Shown: positions 63,235-64,000 of the stretch, piece after piece
Layout: each line of letters begins with the position of its first letter
Numbering within the stretch: the stretch's first letter is position 1
Assembly (NCBI GenBank): GCA_035491955.1
Contig: DATJJU010000001.1
Span: 393-64,392, forward strand
Origin: Minisyncoccota bacterium
Lineage (GTDB): Bacteria > Patescibacteriota > Minisyncoccia > Phycocordibacterales > UBA9973
Direction: 5' to 3'
DNA length: 64,000 nt
Position numbers and translations under genes: made by a program
The notes under the pieces: generated by a model
Database searches by the model: none
What the model was told of the DNA's origin: nothing
The model's input: only the letters and a program-made list of their open reading frames with translations

Positions 63235-64000
63235 TTATATGGTTTCCAAATGATAAATAAGATTATCGATGAATCGGTCCATGCATTTAAAATCTTCCCC
63301 TGGGAATGCTGTGTGAGAGTTTAGTTCAATGAGCTTTGGGCCGTCCTTCCCTACTCCAATATCCATACTGTACAGAGGTTTTGGAAACTGTTTCGTTATT
63401 TCAGTATGCACTTGTTTGTAAAAGTTAAGAATATCTTCTGGAATTGCATCTATATCAATCTCTGTAATTGAAGCGCCTTTGTGTGAATTACTGACCATAC
63501 TTCCTTCGGGGGCCTGACGAACATGACAGAGTGAGATTCTATCTCCATGCGTAATAATGCGAAGGTCATGATATGACTTTGCAACACCAGGTATACCTCC
63601 ACTGGTATCGATAAACTCCTGAACAAGAAATCCTCTTTCTTTTAGTTTATCTTCTGGAATAACCGAAAGATCAACTTCATCTTTATTAAAAATAAAAACA
63701 TCATCACCGTTCTGCCCATTGTTTGGTTTCAGGACGACCTTACTAGTGGTGATTTTTTCTATCGCTTCCTTTAGTTCCCCTTCACTAAATGTAAGATAGG
63801 ACTTCATGAAAAATTGTGGCATGTAGTTATAGGTATTTATTTTTGGACTGCAAAGGTTTCTGAACTCCGGAGTATTGGTAATAACAGCTGATCCTGGATC
63901 AAACCCTATATTCACCATTTTGTTGTATTGGTAAATGACATCGGCATTAAAAGATTCTTCAGTTTTTGTTATCTCACCGTTTTCATATCGAGCAACATTT
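63235..64000 (-). CDS. ATP-grasp domain protein (RimK/GshB-like fold); N-terminus runs off the window end
   Basis: ATP-grasp C-terminal motifs (VVLKPNNGQNGDDVFIF; FLVQEFID; ELNSHTAFPGE). The reading frame stays open upstream of the track start (63918) all the way to the window edge. Confidence 0.7.
   Translation of the reverse strand, partial: NVARYENGEITKTEESFNADVIYQYNKMVNIGFDPGSAVITNTPEFRNLCSPKINTYNYMPQFFMKSYLTFSEGELKEAIEKITTSKVVLKPNNGQNGDDVFIFNKDEVDLSVIPEDKLKERGFLVQEFIDTSGGIPGVAKSYHDLRIITHGDRISLCHVRQAPEGSMVSNSHKGASITEIDIDAIPEDILNFYKQVHTEITKQFPKPLYSMDIGVGKDGPKLIELNSHTAFPGEDFKCMDRFIDNLIYHLETI

Noticed and set aside
1-64000. CRISPR arrays, integrases/transposases and prophage genes
   Set aside because: I saw no direct-repeat/spacer periodicity, and no recombinase, transposase or phage structural ORF. 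The only repeats are the 32-bp direct pair, the short palindromes and the in-frame heptad array.

Overview
This 64 kb window looks like chromosomal DNA from a low-GC bacterium with a reduced genome. That is an inference from gene content: a lamin-tail-domain surface protein, many small DUF and membrane proteins, a truncated dcw cluster (mraZ-rsmH-ftsL-ftsI with no mur genes following), and a short 350-aa DnaX. These features fit CPR/Patescibacteria-like organisms, but I cannot confirm the lineage.

The window is dominated by densely packed housekeeping genes: an ABC exporter (truncated at the window start), trpS, dnaB, recR, two class-B penicillin-binding proteins, greA, purN/purL, dnaX, dus, ftsQ-like, serS, dprA, topA, relA/spoT, parB, miaA, rpmG, tsaC, ychF, ndh, an ECF sigma/anti-sigma pair, engB, gltX, rlmB-like and tag. 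There are four tRNAs (Ala-UGC, Gln-UUG, Leu-CAA, Trp-CCA), and most operons end in clean rho-independent terminators. I found no CRISPR array, integrase or transposase.

The observations I rate highest:
1. A tRNA-Ala-centred DNA-alkylation-repair mini-island: an MGMT DNA-binding-domain-only protein, a GIY-YIG nuclease fused to an alkyltransferase-like (ATL, Cys-to-Phe) domain, and a Cys/Trp-rich unknown protein. The 3' end of the tRNA sits inside a perfect 22-bp inverted repeat.
2. A four-unit 10-bp direct-repeat operator (AGTGGG-type) immediately upstream of mraZ.
3. Two recurring GC-rich palindrome families in intergenic DNA: GGGGTCWGACCCC just after stop codons, and GCGACCAGGTCGC in divergent promoter regions.
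4. A 32-bp direct repeat placed in front of the TTGACA -35 box of two adjacent small genes.
5. A solo MazF/PemK-like toxin gene immediately downstream of a PIF1/RecD-like helicase. A promoter-plus-terminator small-RNA candidate converges on the toxin 3' end, and a second small-RNA candidate lies in a 780-bp non-coding stretch nearby.
6. A leaderless 41-aa hyper-basic peptide gene with its own promoter and terminator.
7. A cytoplasmic T4CP(VirD4/TraD)-like ATPase in an operon with a lamin-tail-domain secreted protein.
8. tRNA-Leu(CAA) placed directly in front of miaA.
9. A bacterial G1 (eqolisin-like) peptidase.

Hand-derived coordinates may be off by 1-2 nt. At one locus (around 16200) the ORF-track frame and my hand count of the printed sequence disagree by one nucleotide, so I followed the track there.
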